NCBI GenBank assembly: GCA_964016885.1 | Contig: OZ024746.1 | Location: forward strand, 68,634,001 to 68,698,000 | Reading direction: 5' to 3' | DNA: 64,000 nt | From: Eledone cirrhosa | Lineage: Eukaryota | Part shown: piece after piece, positions 38,050-52,330 of the stretch | Layout: each line of letters begins with the position of its first letter | How positions within the stretch are numbered: position 1 is the first letter of the stretch | Position numbers and translations under genes: made by a program | Notes under the pieces: model-generated | Database searches by the model: none | The model's input: only the letters and a program-made list of their open reading frames with translations | What the model was told of the DNA's origin: nothing

Positions 38050-39345
38050 AAAATTACATATTTGCACAAAACAAGTTTCTACATGACAATCTGATGCAGA
38101 CTACTAGCAAGACCTGTAACTCAAGTAAGGTATCAGTGAAAAGGAAGGTGACTTTGTGGTGGAATAATGTTGTAATACTTTTTCACCAGCAAGACAGAGC
38201 TATTAAAGCTTAGAGAAAGAAAAACTGGAAAATGAGGGCAGCAAAGAACAATGCAAAGTAGTTAAAAGAGGAGGTAGAAGACAAGTTTAGAAAGCATGTA
38301 GAAGTTTATAAAGTATGCAGAAAACATGAAATTTGCTTATGTCCTGTGACAAGAGAATCAGAGGAGTAAAATGTTCTGTATTGCAAAGGAATGTGTCAGT
38401 GGGAATATTCAAAATTACACCAGCACACTTAAACTTGCACAGAAAAAAAGAGACCAGGAAATGTTATTATGAGAAGCTGGTGAATGTGTAGAATGAGGGC
38501 AAGCCATGTACAAGGGGCTGTCAATGAGAGTAAGTAATAAGTTTAGTGAGGAATTTATTATGCAGGTAGATGTTCATCAGGACTCAGTCCTATTTTGTTT
38601 ACTATAGTTGTTCTGGCTATAAAAGAGGAGTTTAAGATCAAGTGTCCACTAGAGCGTTTGTATACTAATGACTTTGTTAAATAACTGAAAGAGCTAGAAA
38701 GGAAATTGTTGATGTGAAATTAGAATCACAAGAGCACAGAGCAAACTCAACAAAGTCAAACTTTTTAGTAAAACATGATTATGATTCCATCAGGGAATAG
38801 GCTATACTTGACATCAAGAAAAGGAGTAGGTAGGAATTCAATGTACACAATGTAAATCTTAGGTACATAAGAAGTGTCGTGAGATCACAGGCATGCTAAC
38901 TGAGAAGGTATGCTTTATATGTGGGAAATGCAAAGGAATAGTTGGTAGTAAGAACACCAATAAAATAAACTACTTTCAATACCAGGAAGGTACCATACAA
39001 GTAGGTGATAGCTTCTCTTATCTAGGTAACCAAATTAGCTGTGGAGGAGGTAGCTTTAAAAGCATAGTAGTAAGAATAAGAACAGGTTGGAAAAGGTTAA
39101 GGGACCTACTATCTTCGAAGGATTTTCTCTTTACAAGCAAAGTGTAGATTGTCTGATGGCTGCATGAAACATTGAGACGTGGGTGATAGATGAAGGGTAG
39201 ATGTGAAGACTGGAGAGAAATGAAGAAAGCATGCTCCATTGGATGTGTAATGTTAGTGTGTAGACAATGAAGCATGGAAGAGGTAAAAGAAAAAAAAATG
39301 TGTATAAGAGGAATCAGACATAGTGTGCAGGAGAGAAGGTGATAT
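38050..39345 (+). mobile_element. Heavily degraded RTE LINE (RT region with PHD-like insert)
   Basis: Relic motifs VHQDSVL, EEFKIKCPLERLYTNDF, RKGVGRNS, CTQCKS*VHKKC...FICGKC, GDSFSYLGNQISCGGG, RIRTGWKRLRDL, LERNEESMLHWMC. Confidence 0.85.
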
Positions 39346-40519
39346 TGGTGGTGGTGGTGAGGAGGAGGAGGAGGAGGAGGAGGAGGAACACATTCTCACA
39401 AAAACATTTACAAATATTTAATTCTTTACACTGAAATATATTTCAAGACCTGTAATAGTGATAATGATGATAAGGATGATGATGATGACAATGCAGATGA
39501 TGATGAAGACAATAACAATGATATAACTTTTCAACTTAGAGAGTTCTAGCTTATTTATAAAAGGAAAACAAATAAGATTTCTTGAGAAAATTCTGGATAA
39601 TTTTTATGGTTTCAATGAAGCCAAAAATATATTTATCTAAAACATTTGAGTTATAAAATCTGCTGTTTTGTGCTTCCAGTAGTTATTGACAGCTGTGTGT
39701 AACATGAAATACGTATATTTGCATGAAATCATGCAAAAATATATATGTCTTCCTCTCTGTGTTTGTGTGCATGCAAGTGTAAAATTTTATATGCATTTGT
39801 ATTTCAGCAGCAAATTTTATTTGTATATGTAGTTTTATTTTAACTGTACAACTGTTTCTTTGATATATCTAAAATTGTAAATACAATTACAAAACTAGTT
39901 AACAATTTCTTATTTATTTTATAGAAATCTGAATATTTTCTTTGGTTTTTGGTGGTAGATAACTTAGATAATTGACTATATTTATTTTGTGTAACTAACA
40001 TTCATTTTCATGATGTGTAAAATTGTATATATAATAACATGACTAGTTAAGAATTTGCTATTTAGTTTTATGGAAACCTGAATATTTTCTTGGGGTTTTG
40101 GTGTGAGATTAGAAACATAAATGGATTAGCTTGTTTCCTACATTTATTTTGCATGACTGTCATTTATATTCAATGCACAGAAAAAAAATACAACATTGAA
40201 TTATGATATAGCAGGTGAAAACTGAAAAAAAAAACTATTATCTGCATGCAATATATCCAATGGAGTAGCTACCAGTAACATGTTATATTATATTATGTAG
40301 AAAACATATTTATACATGCATAAATTTATGAAAATCAGACACTAAAAGGCTTCATTAAAACATAATATATGCATTCAGGTATACAACATATACAGGTGAT
40401 GAATTGACAGAACTGTTAGAGTGTAGAAAAAATGTTTTGCGCCATTTTTTCTGGCTCTCTGCACTCTGAGTTCAAATCCTGCCTTCCATCATTTCAGAGT
40501 CAATAAAAAGTGGCCTAGT

Positions 40520-40712
40520 TGGCTGGTCAATTTAATTTATTGCTCAGTTTAACACTGCTAGCTGATCCTTGGTGTGGTAAATTTAATCTACTGCTCAGTT
40601 TAACAGTTTGTGTGGTAAATTTAACCCGTTGCACACTTTGACACCATTAGCTGATCCTTTGTGAGGCAAATTTCCCAGTTTAACACTGTTTGCTGGCCCT
40701 TGGTGTGGTAAA
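40520..40712. repeat. Diverged short tandem repeat
   Basis: CAGTTTAACAC...GCTGATCCTTGGTGTGGTAAATT-like units. Confidence 0.6.
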
Positions 40713-42928
40713 TATAGAGATGTTAGAATTTTTCAGAGAGGTTAATAACTTCCTAATAGTTAATAATATATAGCCTCTACCTCTAGTAAGTGCATTTTAT
40801 CATGGCACCAACACTACAGAGGTTGTCATGTCTTTTGACACAACTGAAGAGGCCTTCCAACCTTTAGTTTGGCAAGCTTTCTATGGCTGGATTCCCTTCC
40901 TATCACCAACGACTTTACAGTATTGATGCATTTACTGAGTGCATTTAACATGTAGATCACCAACACTAGAGAAGTTGTCATGCTGTTGAAATAACTGATG
41001 GGTCCTCTCAACCCTTTTAGGAATGGTTTCTACAGCTGGGTGTACTTCCTATTACCAACCACATTTCAAGGTGTACCTGGCGCATTTTCATGGCATTGTC
41101 ACTAGAGAAGTTATTGGCCTTTGTCCCAACTGAAGAACCCTCTCTGCTCTGTAAATGTTGGTGGAGTGGAGGACAAGGGAGAAAGGAGATAGGTACGGAG
41201 TTATGGGTGTATGGCATGTGTGGCGTGTGTGGTGATTTGACAGAGTGATGGGCAGGGGGAAGGAATGACTGATAATATAGAGAGAGTGTAGTAAAGAATC
41301 TTCATTCCTGTCACCAACAACTTTTCTATACACCCATAATATGCTATAAAGTGATTACTGACAAGAAACGTATCCAACTGTAAAAAACATGTCAAATAAT
41401 ATTGATTTGCAGATCTATCTAGCTGTGAGTACCTGGTGACAAAGGACTGTGTCAAGTGCCAAGACACTGTAAGACCTGTCCAACCAATAATATCATGGAA
41501 AAATAAACATAAAATGATTATTGGTGGTAGTGGTGGTGGATGATGATGTACAAATCTGTTGATAGTACCCGAATGCAAAGAGAAATTCTAAAACATCTCA
41601 AGCCTATAGTAAATCAAACAAAACTACATAAAACATAAACTAAATGTCAAATCTCATTTATCAACATTATTAATAAATTCAAATACAGATGCAATGAATT
41701 CTTTATGTACATTAATACTGACAGCAGCATAACTGCTAGTTATTTGTAAATTCTTAAGCTTACATGACAGTTTCTACATCTGTGAAATGTTCACAAGTCT
41801 TAGACAATATACACACATGCTTTTTCCATTCACATGTGAAGTTAGAAGATAACATCTACTTAATAACCATGTTTTGTAAAACATATTTTATAAAACATGT
41901 TTTATAAGAAGGTTAACTTTTTTGTGACATTTCTAATGAAATATACTGTTTGTATTTGCAATTGAATTTTGAAAATATACAAGAACCATAAAGGTTTAAG
42001 TTAAATAACTAACTTTTACATTTATTTCTAAATCTAGCTCATGTTTGGAACTTAACTCTAATTATTCTAATAAAAACACTGCCTCATATTCTTGAATAAT
42101 TTCGAAAATATTCAAGAATGGATTTAGTAATATAACTAAATTTCTCATTATTTACTTGGTATTTGGAATATAACTTAACAAAGGTTTATACTTAAAATTA
42201 TGGTGAAAGGTTTTTAGATAACTTTAAAATAAACCGTTTTGTATCATAGAACCAAGTGAAGGTTCAGAAAGTTTGATAACAAAACATTCTAACATAAAAT
42301 TCAGATGGAAGGTTTATATGATATTTGAATATGAGCACATTAAAACAATAAGTTGTATGAGTATCATAAAACCTGAGGTAGTTTCAGACAAGTTAGTGTC
42401 AGAATCACCTACAAATCATACCTAACTATCCTAATAAGAAAAGGACACACTGAATAAGGATATTCATGGCTGGAATCTTTATGTCTGCTTCATCATGTGT
42501 AACATACAGGATAAACAGTAATAACAATACCACTACTAACTCCAACATGAACAAGCCAATAAGGGAGCCTCTGCATGGTCACTTGATATGCTAGAAATAG
42601 CAACAAAATCCATCCCTTTCTAAATAACACCCTACAATTTTAAAAAAGAAAGGAAGAATACATTGGATAATGTAATCTCAGATAGTGATGTTTGCAAACA
42701 AAGATGTGATGGTCATGGCAGAAAATTCTTTGATCATATCTTGGCTCAAAACTGAGTTGATGTGGACACAGATTAGATTAGATTTTAAAGGAATGTATGT
42801 ATAATTAAACATAGTATATTTTGCTTGTTAATTTCTCAACTAAAAACTACCATAAAATATTGAATTAAATTTGGACATTAATTTCTTAGATATTGTGATG
42901 AAGAGGACTAATTAGTAGAGACATTAGA

Positions 42929-43140
42929 AGATGCGTGGCTTAGGGGTTACAGAGTTGGATTCGCAATTGTGAGGTTGCGAATTCAATTCTCAAGCCAGGT
43001 GATGCATTGTATCTTTGAGCAAGACACTTTATTTCATGTTGCTCCTTCTGCTAGGAGTTGCAACCAATAGATAGTATCAGAATAGAAACAATGTTTCCTT
43101 GGTTCAATTTGATGGAATCTTGTTGATCGATCAGAGCAAT
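42929..43140 (+). mobile_element. Degraded family B-related SINE
   Basis: GCGTGGCTTAGGGGTTAC head and TTGAGCAAGACACTTTATTTCATGTTGCTCC core. Confidence 0.75.
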
Positions 43141-43268
43141 TAGAATCATTCATTCTGATTCTTTACACTGTGGTCAACTTGATTTCATCTTTTCAGAAAT
43201 GATCTGGTCAACTTTGATTTCATCTTTTCAAAGTTGATAAATAAAGTTTTAATTCAGTACTGGAGTTA

Positions 43269-43300
<32 letters not shown>

Positions 43301-44009
43301 ATGTATATATACCCAGGCAAGCGTGGAAAAGCAGATATGTAAAAACGATGATTTAATATATATATTTTTTTCCTTCTGACCAATGCTTCCTGTCTACTCA
43401 TTCCTGCTTTTTCTGGTTCTATACATATTACCATTATATATATATATATATAATTTATTAAAATAACAGATTAAAGTTTAATAACAGATTAAAGATTAAA
43501 TATTTGCTCTACGGTTCTTATATATTTGATATATATTTATCCTTATCGAGCGCTCTTTGGATTTTAGTCTTCAAATTTATTATTATTACTTTATATATAT
43601 ATATATATCTTACTCTTTCTTTCACTTTCTCTCTCTCTCTTACACACTCTACCGCTCTCTTTTTCTCTCAATCTCTCTCTGTCTTACTCTATATCTGTCT
43701 CACTCTCTCTCTTTCTCTGGAAGACCTCAACCATGGAAAGAGGTGGGATCCACCAGGTTTAAATGCCCCAAACATGCTGTTGTTTTGGTAGCACACCAAC
43801 AACTTCAGCAGAAGTTGAGAGATTAGGGAGTGCTGGAGACAAGGACAATGAGAATGTGTGGCATTCATACTGTTCCAAAAAGGTTAATAGTACAAAGGGA
43901 AGTGAAACATGGCTACATCTAGAAAATGAGTCAGGGTTAGTTCACTTTGAACAGATTACCTTCATCTAATTGGTTTGACAAAGGATTATAATTATCTAAT
44001 TAAACCACT

Positions 44010-44335
44010 CATACACACACATTAACCCAGCCACACACACACTAACCAGACTACGCATGCTTGTACACACACACACACACACACACACACTAACCAGACT
44101 ACACATACTTGTACACACACACACACTAACCAGACTACGCATGCTTGTATGCACACGCACACACACTAACCAGACTACACACCTCACCACACACATCACA
44201 CACCTCACCTCATACATCACACACTTCCCCACACATCACACACTTTACACACATCACCACACATATCACAAACCTCACCACACATATCACACATATCCCA
44301 TCACAGATAACTTAGCTCATCACAGATACCACATA
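44010..44335. repeat. CA-rich low-complexity region with short ACACACTAACCAGACTAC repeats
   Basis: Direct reading. Confidence 0.85.
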
Positions 44336-45870
44336 TTTGACAATGGAAAAAATTAATTTATAGTGATTATATCCCAGTAAAGAATAAACCAATTATGGAC
44401 TTCACACCTACTATAGATATTTTCAGCTTATATGTTGTTGTAGCTGTTTAGCCCAGGTCAACCCTGATTTAGCAGATCTACAAGGAAAGAGATTCTATCC
44501 ATGACCACCCTGAATGTTTATGTGTATGATATGTGATGATATAGAAGACTACATTATCTAATGTCTTTTGCTTATTTAGAACAATGTGCTTGCTATTTCA
44601 AGGATATTTAGCTGCTATTTCTAACAGGTCATATAGTTATGTAGAGGTATCCTCATTGGCTCATGAGATTATATAAAAATAATCTGTAATAGTGTTTAAT
44701 AAATACTACTCAGAAGTGTATAGTAGTCTACATTTATAAAAGTCTTTATTGGATGGTGGCATCTCAATAGAAACAACTGGAAACTATTTTTATTTTGAAA
44801 CAGCATACAACACCTTAAATGACAGCTAGGATATTTATCATTATCATTGATAATTTTTACATTTATTTATCCATGCTAACATGGTTTTAGAGATATCTGA
44901 AGTGTAGGCTGTACAATTTAATAATTCACTGTGTATTCTTCTGTACATATTTTTTTATATTTTATTACATCATAGAAAATATTTATGAAATACAAATGAA
45001 CAAATATCATTCTATATGCAATTTTGTTTCAAGGCTTTCCAATTGAAAAAATAATCTCATAGACTTTATAAATTGAGTTTAAAACTAAGATTTAATTATT
45101 TTTATTTGAACTTCAGTAACTTCAATGGCAAAACTTCTATTTTAAATGGTTTCTAAGATTACTTTACAAAAATATAATAGAATTTTGTGTCTGGATACTG
45201 GGAGCCACAATTGTGAAAACTTTTAGTCTAAATCCTGAATTGAAACTAAAAGTTTTCAAAACAAAGCTTCAAATAACCAGAGAGAAAATTCCATCATTCT
45301 TTTGTAACATTAGTGTGCATTTAAAATTTAGCAAAGAAATATTATGTAAAAAAAAAAAGATTTATTAGAATAATCAAACTGCAAACATTTTAAGGCCACA
45401 GTCCCCTGCTGAAACAAGGGTCAACCTTGTGAGCCCCCTTAACAGCTCCATACTTATCAGGGGGTCCTTTTTGAAGTAATGTTTTATGGCCAGATGCTCT
45501 TCCTGGTGCTAACAACTTTATTCACCTCTTACAACACACAAGGATATGGTGTAACTGAAATAATTATACAAGGGTGAAAAACATGACAGCATATTTAAAA
45601 AACATATATAATTCTATAATCAATTTTATTTCATTTCTTTTAAGTATTGTTAATTATAAACTATCAACAAATGTTGTGTTTATGGATGTCTTTGTGCTGG
45701 AAGAAGGTGTTCATAATAGAGGCCTCTTTATTTGTATTTAGATCGGGATCGCCATTCCTCCTAATCACTCCTTTCCATGTCAGATAGTCAGTGCCAATAT
45801 GTGCATTGAAGTCTCCCGTTATAATATATGACTCAGTCTTAATGACAAGAGCTTGGCTGGCCTCATTTAA

Positions 45871-46152
45871 CCCTTTAGCATTTACATTACTCTATATATA
45901 CTATTATATTTTCACGGTAAAGACTTTACTTCATATAATTATTTCACATAATATTGAGTCTATGAGATTTTGATATTATGGTAAACATTGTATTTCACAT
46001 AATTATCTCACATAATCTCGAATCTACAAGATTTTGATATTTATTTTGAGAACAATACCTTAACATCAGTATGAGGGGCCAGTTATGGCCGGTTTGAACA
46101 GAAAGAGGTAAGAGAATTCTGGCTGGATATGGCCAGCTTAAATGCTTAAGAG
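45871..46152. mobile_element. piggyBac-type MITE, family 1, with internal duplication
   Basis: TTAA|CCCTTTAGCATTTA start and AATGCTTAAGAG|TTAA end. The ATAATTAT.TCACATAAT block occurs twice. Confidence 0.8.
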
Positions 46153-46621
46153 TTAAGGATACAGCCAGATCAATTGGAGACAGTTGTTTCTGACAGGACC
46201 TACTAGAAGGCATACTTGAGTATTCTGCCCCTACATCCCTACCAGGAATATGTGGGTGAAGAAAAAGAAGAACAACAACAGCAGCAACAAATTTTGTTGC
46301 ATATCTGTAGCCTAGCCACTAGGAAAATTCCACACAGGAAAATATTTGTAAGCAGTCTAGGAATTTTGAGGTAATTTCAGAAGACAGGAAGAATGGTAAC
46401 ATAACCTGCATGTCAAAAAAAATGTAAACTGAGTAAATGCAATGATGGGGAAAATGGTGATGTAACTGTCAATACTAGAAAAGTTGTAGTATCAACTGAT
46501 ATTGAACTACATTTAGGATGTAGTGAAGGAAAAGCTATTAGAAGAACAGTCAGGATCTAATATTCAAAACATGTAGAAATGAAATGTTCACTTTACTGTA
46601 CACCATAGCAGTGTTATTATT

Positions 46622-47030
46622 AGTTGGATTGGCAGTAACAGATTGGCAGTATCAGTAGAGGGTCGGACACCATGCTTTCCAGCAGAGTTATGTCCCTTTA
46701 TGTTCTGAGTTCAAATCCCACCAAGGTTAACTTTGCCTTTCAACCTTACGGGGTCGATAAAATATAGTACCAGTAATGCACTGGGATAATTGCTGGTCTT
46801 GTGCCAAAAGTAGAAACAATTATCAAAGCAGTATCAGTAGAGCATCAGACACCATGCTTTGTAGCATAGAGTTATGGCCCTTTACATTCTGAGTTCAAAT
46901 CCTACCGAGGTCAGCTTTGCCTTTCATTTTTACAGGGTCGATAAAATAAAGCCCCAGTAATACACTGGGGTTGATTTAATCGACTATCCCCTTCCTCAAA
47001 TTGCTGGCCTTGTGCCTAAATCAGAAATAA
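46622..47030 (+). mobile_element. Short-variant SINE A apparently nested in the head of a long-variant SINE A
   Basis: Head fragment GGATTGGCAGTA, a full short copy (about 46640-46823), then a long copy resuming at GCAGTATCAGTAGAGC. Confidence 0.8.
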
Positions 47031-48519
47031 TAAATAGCCTTCAGTAATATCTACAGAACTTCCTTCTGAGAGATTCCTGTTTATTATTGAGTACAATAAA
47101 TGATCAGAGATTTACATGTTAAAGACAGCCATCTTACAGATCTCCATTTTGGTGATGATGATGATGATGATGACATTACAATTCTGATAAATAGCACTCC
47201 TTAGTCAGTTCACTTTATGAAGGTGCAACAGAATTTAACACCACACCAATTCCAAGAAAACAAAGAACATGCTGGTAAGCAGCCAGCCTCCATGTATGAA
47301 TATTATTATAAACTAAAACATAGAAAAAAGAATTCTACCCATCCTAAAAGTGACATTGGTCATGATAATTGGTAAAGTACCAGAAACATCCAAGCAGCTA
47401 GCAAAATTTTCAAACAAATATAATTTTTCCTTTGAAAGGAAACCTGATGTGTTTGATATCAAAATGTCTATGTAAAGTACTTGAGATTTAATGGGAAGCC
47501 TTCATGTCCAATGACGATGCAGAGAACATAGCAAGGAAAACAGACATCAAATAATGATGATGCTGAAAGATGATATTGGAGCTGGCTAAGTAATACTTTA
47601 AAGAGTTCCACACTATCAAAATATGCCACTCATGTGCTACACTAGAGGACAAAAAAAAAGAACATCAGAAGATGAAACAAAATATTTGACAAGTGAACAG
47701 TTGATAGAACAATGTGCCTGTACTGACTATAAGCAAGAGAGAGATACTGATGTAGCTATACTACTTTACATATTTTAAGATGTAAGAATCACTGAATCAA
47801 AGGCTAAGTGAAATATTCTAAAGACAAATTACATATGAAACCATATAGCAATAAATAAATAAGTATTCACTTGTTATAAATCACTGAACTACTTAGTTTT
47901 TGAATTAGTAATGAAGTAGCTAATTACTTTATAACTATGTTTACCATTGGTGTAATATTCAGACAGAACTAGCATGACAGTGTGTGACAAGACCGAACCT
48001 TTGAATTACAGGTACCATTTATCTGAAAGGTGCTTGGCCAGGTAGTTAGGGTGTTGGACTTACAATCATAATGTCACAGGGTCAATTCCTGGTCTAGGTT
48101 GTGTCCTTCAGCAAAACACTTCATTTTACGTTGCTCTAATAAACTCAGCTGAAAATGAGTATCAGAAGTAGTTGGGAGTTTAATCCTGCAATGGACTGGC
48201 ATCCTGTCCAAGGGGTAGCATCTTTTATTCTCAGTTGCTTTACGCCAAGGAAACCAGGATAAGCACTGACCTAATGAACCTCCAGACTTGAGACAGACTT
48301 TAGACTCTCTGACAGGCTGCTACACAGTTTCCGTCAACCAATAATACAACACAATAGGATCGAACCACAAGCCTCATGATTCTGAAGTAAACTTCTTAAC
48401 TATGCAACCATGCTACATCCATCAAACCACATTAAACAAAATCAAACGAACATTTACAGTCTTAACAATTATTATCACTGTACATAAAGATGCATTTAAT
48501 TCTAAGTCTCTTAACTTAC

Positions 48520-48592
48520 CTAAATTCGTCTGTTTCTTAGATTTATGTTTCACAATAAGAAAATTAGCCATTTCTTTCCAGATTCTGTACAT
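48520..48592 (-). CDS. Candidate upstream exon of the WW gene (tentative)
   Basis: Strong donor TAG|GTAAGT. Frame MYRIWKEMANFLIVKHKSKKQTNL ends in phase 1, compatible with the phase-1 start of the WW exon. No homology evidence. Confidence 0.25.
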
Positions 48593-48778
48593 ATAAATTT
48601 ATCCTTTATCATTATTACTTTATTTTTCCAGTCTATATTTGTTAGTTGTGTTTGAATATATGTTTATGCTCATATATATAATGTGAGTGCGTGAGAGAGA
48701 GAAAAGTTAGATGTACATGTGTGTCTGATTCTATATAACTTACTGTATATTGCTGCATACATGTCTATATTTATATAT

Positions 48779-48827
<49 letters not shown>

Positions 48828-49379
48828 GAGACAACGAGAGAGAGAGATGTCACAATTTAGTGTGTGGTGAATATTTTAAAAGCAAGAACAGCATAGATAC
48901 AAGTTAAATATGTCCACGCCGACAAAGATTGACAGAAAAATAAGCCAAATAAACAAGTACAAATACATAATGTTGATTTAGTCTTCATAAAAATACTATA
49001 ATTCTATTGATGCTATACATGATGGAGACACTACAAGCCAAACTAGATCTCATAAATCTATTTATTGATATTATAACACAGGCCTACTACCAGCTACACA
49101 ATTCATAAACATTTCCGACTGAAATTGAAAGTAATATAACAACAAATTCAGTTTTCCATTAATTCTTATTGTTAGAATAAAGGAATTATTGTTGTTATTG
49201 TTGTTCCATTTCAATCTTCTTTGTGAGAAACTTCCAGAAATTTATTTAATCCTTTCTCAATTAAGTTTAGTTTTCTTCATTTGAAAGTAAACTTTAGCAT
49301 CATATTCAGTTACCTAGTCAATACATTAGAGGTGTGTGGTTGAGTAAAAGAATAAAAGAGTATATATATATTTGGGCGG

Positions 49380-50990
49380 GGACAGAGAGAGAGAGAGAGA
49401 GAGAGGTGGGAGACAGGGAGAGAGAGAGAGGTGGGAGACAGGGAGAGAGAGAGAGGTGGGAGACAGGGAGAGAGAGAGGTGGGAGACAGGGAGAGAGAGA
49501 GAGAGGTGGGAGACAGGGAGAGAGAGGTGGGAAACACAGAGAGAGTTGCTGTGTGTGTGCTGCTGTATGTTTGTGTTGCTGTCTATATATGTGTTACTGT
49601 GTGTGGTTGTGTGTGTGTGTGTGTGAATGCGTATTAGTATGTGTAAATATGTTACTGTCAGTGTGCATGCATTGGTGTGTGTGAATGTTACAGACTGAGA
49701 ATGTGTTGCTGTGTGTGTATGTGTTGCTGTGTGTGTATGTGTTGTTGTGTGCGTATGTGTTGTTGTGTGCGTATGTGTTGTTGTGTGCGTATGTGTTGCT
49801 GTGTGCGTATGTGTTGCTGTTTGTGTATGTGTTGCTGTGTGCGTATGTGTTGTTGTGTGTGTATGTGTTGTTGTGTGCGTATGTGTTGCTGTGTGTATGC
49901 GTTGCTGTGTGTGTATGTGTTGTGTGCGTATGTGTTGCTGTGTGCGTATGTGTTGCTGTCTGTGTATGTGTTGCTGTGTGCGTATGTGTTGCTGTTGTCT
50001 GGGTGTATGTGTATTGCTGTGTGTGTATATGTTGCTGTGTGTGTATATGTTGCTGTGTATGTGTACATTGTAGTGTGTGTACATGTGTTGTTGCGTGTGT
50101 GTGTACATTGCTGAGTGTGTGCATGTATTTCTGTCTGTATGCATGTGAGTATGTATGCATGTGTGTATGCATGTGAGTCTGTATGTATGTGAGTATGTAT
50201 GCATGTGAGTATGTATGTATGTGAGTACGTATGCATGTATGTATGCATGTGAGTATGTATGCATGAGAGTATGTATGTATGTGAGTACGTATGCATGTAT
50301 GTATGCATGTGAGTCTGTATGTATGTGAGTATGTATGTATGTGAGTATGTATGCATGTGAGTATGTATGTGAATACATATGCATGTATGTATGCATGTGA
50401 GTCTGTATTTATGTGAGTATTTATGCATGTGAGTATGTATGTATGTGAGTATGTATGTATGTGAGTATGTATGTGAATACATATGCATGTATGTATGCAT
50501 GTGAGTCTGTATGTATGTGAGTATGTATGCATGTGAGTATGTATGTATGTGAGTACGTATGCATGTATGTATGCATGTGAGTCTGTATGTATGTGAGTAT
50601 GTATGCATGTATGTATGTATGTATGTGAGTCTGTATGTATGTGAGTATGTATGTATGTATGTGAGTATGTATGCATGTGAGTATGTATGTGAGTACATAT
50701 GCATGTATGTATGCATGTGAGTCTGTATGTATGTGAGTATGTATGCATGTGAGTATGTATGTGAGTACGTATGCATGTATGTATGCATGTGAGTCTGTAT
50801 GTATGTGAGTATGTATGTATGTGAGTACGTATGCATGTATGTATGTATGTATGCATGTGAGTCTGTATGTATGTGATGAGTATGTATGTGAGTACATATG
50901 CATGTCTGTATGCATGTGAGTCTGTATGCATGTGAGTATGTATGTGAGTACGTATGTATGTGAGTACGTATGCATGTGAGTATGTATGCA
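49380..50990. repeat. Three abutting simple-repeat arrays: (GA)n/GGTGGGAGACAGGG, 18-bp TGTGTGCGTATGTGTTG(C/T), and ATGTGAGTATGTATGC-type
   Basis: Direct reading. Source of the H/T/Y-rich ORFs. Confidence 0.95.
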
Positions 50991-51213
50991 TTGTCGTGTG
51001 TTGCTAGGTTTTATCAAACCAGTTTGATAAAAACCAATAATAATCCATATACTTAACATATATTATAACCAGTCAACACAAATAAACAACTCAAAACAAT
51101 ATTTTCTAAAAAAGAGGTTTTCAAAGATGTTTTCACCCTACTGATCATGGTTTAATGTTTAATCAGTTAAAGATCCAGCCACATATCTGTCTTATTAAGC
51201 TGTGCATGTTTAA

Positions 51214-51430
51214 TCCTTTAGCATTTAAATTGGCCATATCCAGCCAGAATTCTCTCACCTCTTTCTGTTCAAACCAACTGTAACCAGCTGCTCATATTTA
51301 TGTTAAGGTATTGTTCCCAAAATAAATATCAAAATCTTGTAGATTCGAGATTATGTGAGATAATTATGTGAAATACAGTGTTTACCATGAAAATACAATA
51401 ATAATATAGAGTAATGTATATGTTAGAGGG
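51214..51430. mobile_element. piggyBac-type MITE, family 1
   Basis: TTAA|TCCTTTAGCATTTA ... TTAGAGGG|TTAA. Confidence 0.82.
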
Positions 51431-51821
51431 TTAATGGAAGAATAATTACTGTCAGCCAGGAATTGTGACCAGTAGATAGTATCAGCAATGGAAAGACCAA
51501 GGGAAGATTGTTTCTTTGGTCTGATTGGATGATTTCCATCCAACTCTCTAAGTAAATGGGATCTTGTCAATCAATGCCTACTAACCTACCTAATCATTGT
51601 CCTTATCATCATTTTTACATCCGCCTTACTATGATGGCAGGGGTTGGACAGGACTTTTTGAGGTAAGGTTTTATGATGAGATATACTTTCTGATGAAAAC
51701 CCTTTTAGTTGCTTCTTACAAAATAAAGTGTACCGACTTTAAAACCCAGGATGTATATAGCTTAGTCTCTAGGTACATACCCATATTAAAAGTTGCATAC
51801 ATAAGCTGCAATGAGAATGAC

Positions 51822-52330
51822 CACCATCATCATCCATTTTTACATCCATTCTTTCACACTTGTATAGGTTGGATGGGTCCTTCTCAGCGCAGCATCTCTC
51901 CACTCGCTGCATTTCATCGTCATCTCCTCTGTGAGTCTCAGTGATTTGAGGTCAACTCTCACCACCTCTGCCCAGGTCTTTCTTGGTCTACCTCTACTGC
52001 GACTTCCTTCCACTGGCATTTCCTGGCACTTCTTGACCAATCGATCATCATCCATGCACACCACATGTCTGTACACATGTCTGTACACATGTCTGTACCA
52101 ACACAGATAGGGCCACTTCTCTGAAGGGACCAGGGTCCTATCTTCTTTCCTACTCACTAGCACTTTAGTTTTGGCTAAGTTTATTCTCAGACCCTTTGAT
52201 TCCAAATACCGTTTCTATAGAGAGAACTTATTTTCTAGTTCTTTTATGTATTTGGTGATAAGGACCAAATCATCTGCATAGAGAAGTTCCCATCGACAGC
52301 CAGTTTTAAACTCCTCTGTTATGGCCAGGA
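51822..52330 (-). mobile_element. Internally deleted RTE LINE fragment
   Basis: EEFKTGCRWELLYADDLVLI (RT catalytic YADD), ESKGLRINLAKTKVLVS, then a jump to RGRPRKTWAEVVR and the tail. Confidence 0.9.

Noticed and set aside
49310-51059. ORFs of 200-465 aa
   Set aside because: Simple-repeat translations with no domain or splice support.
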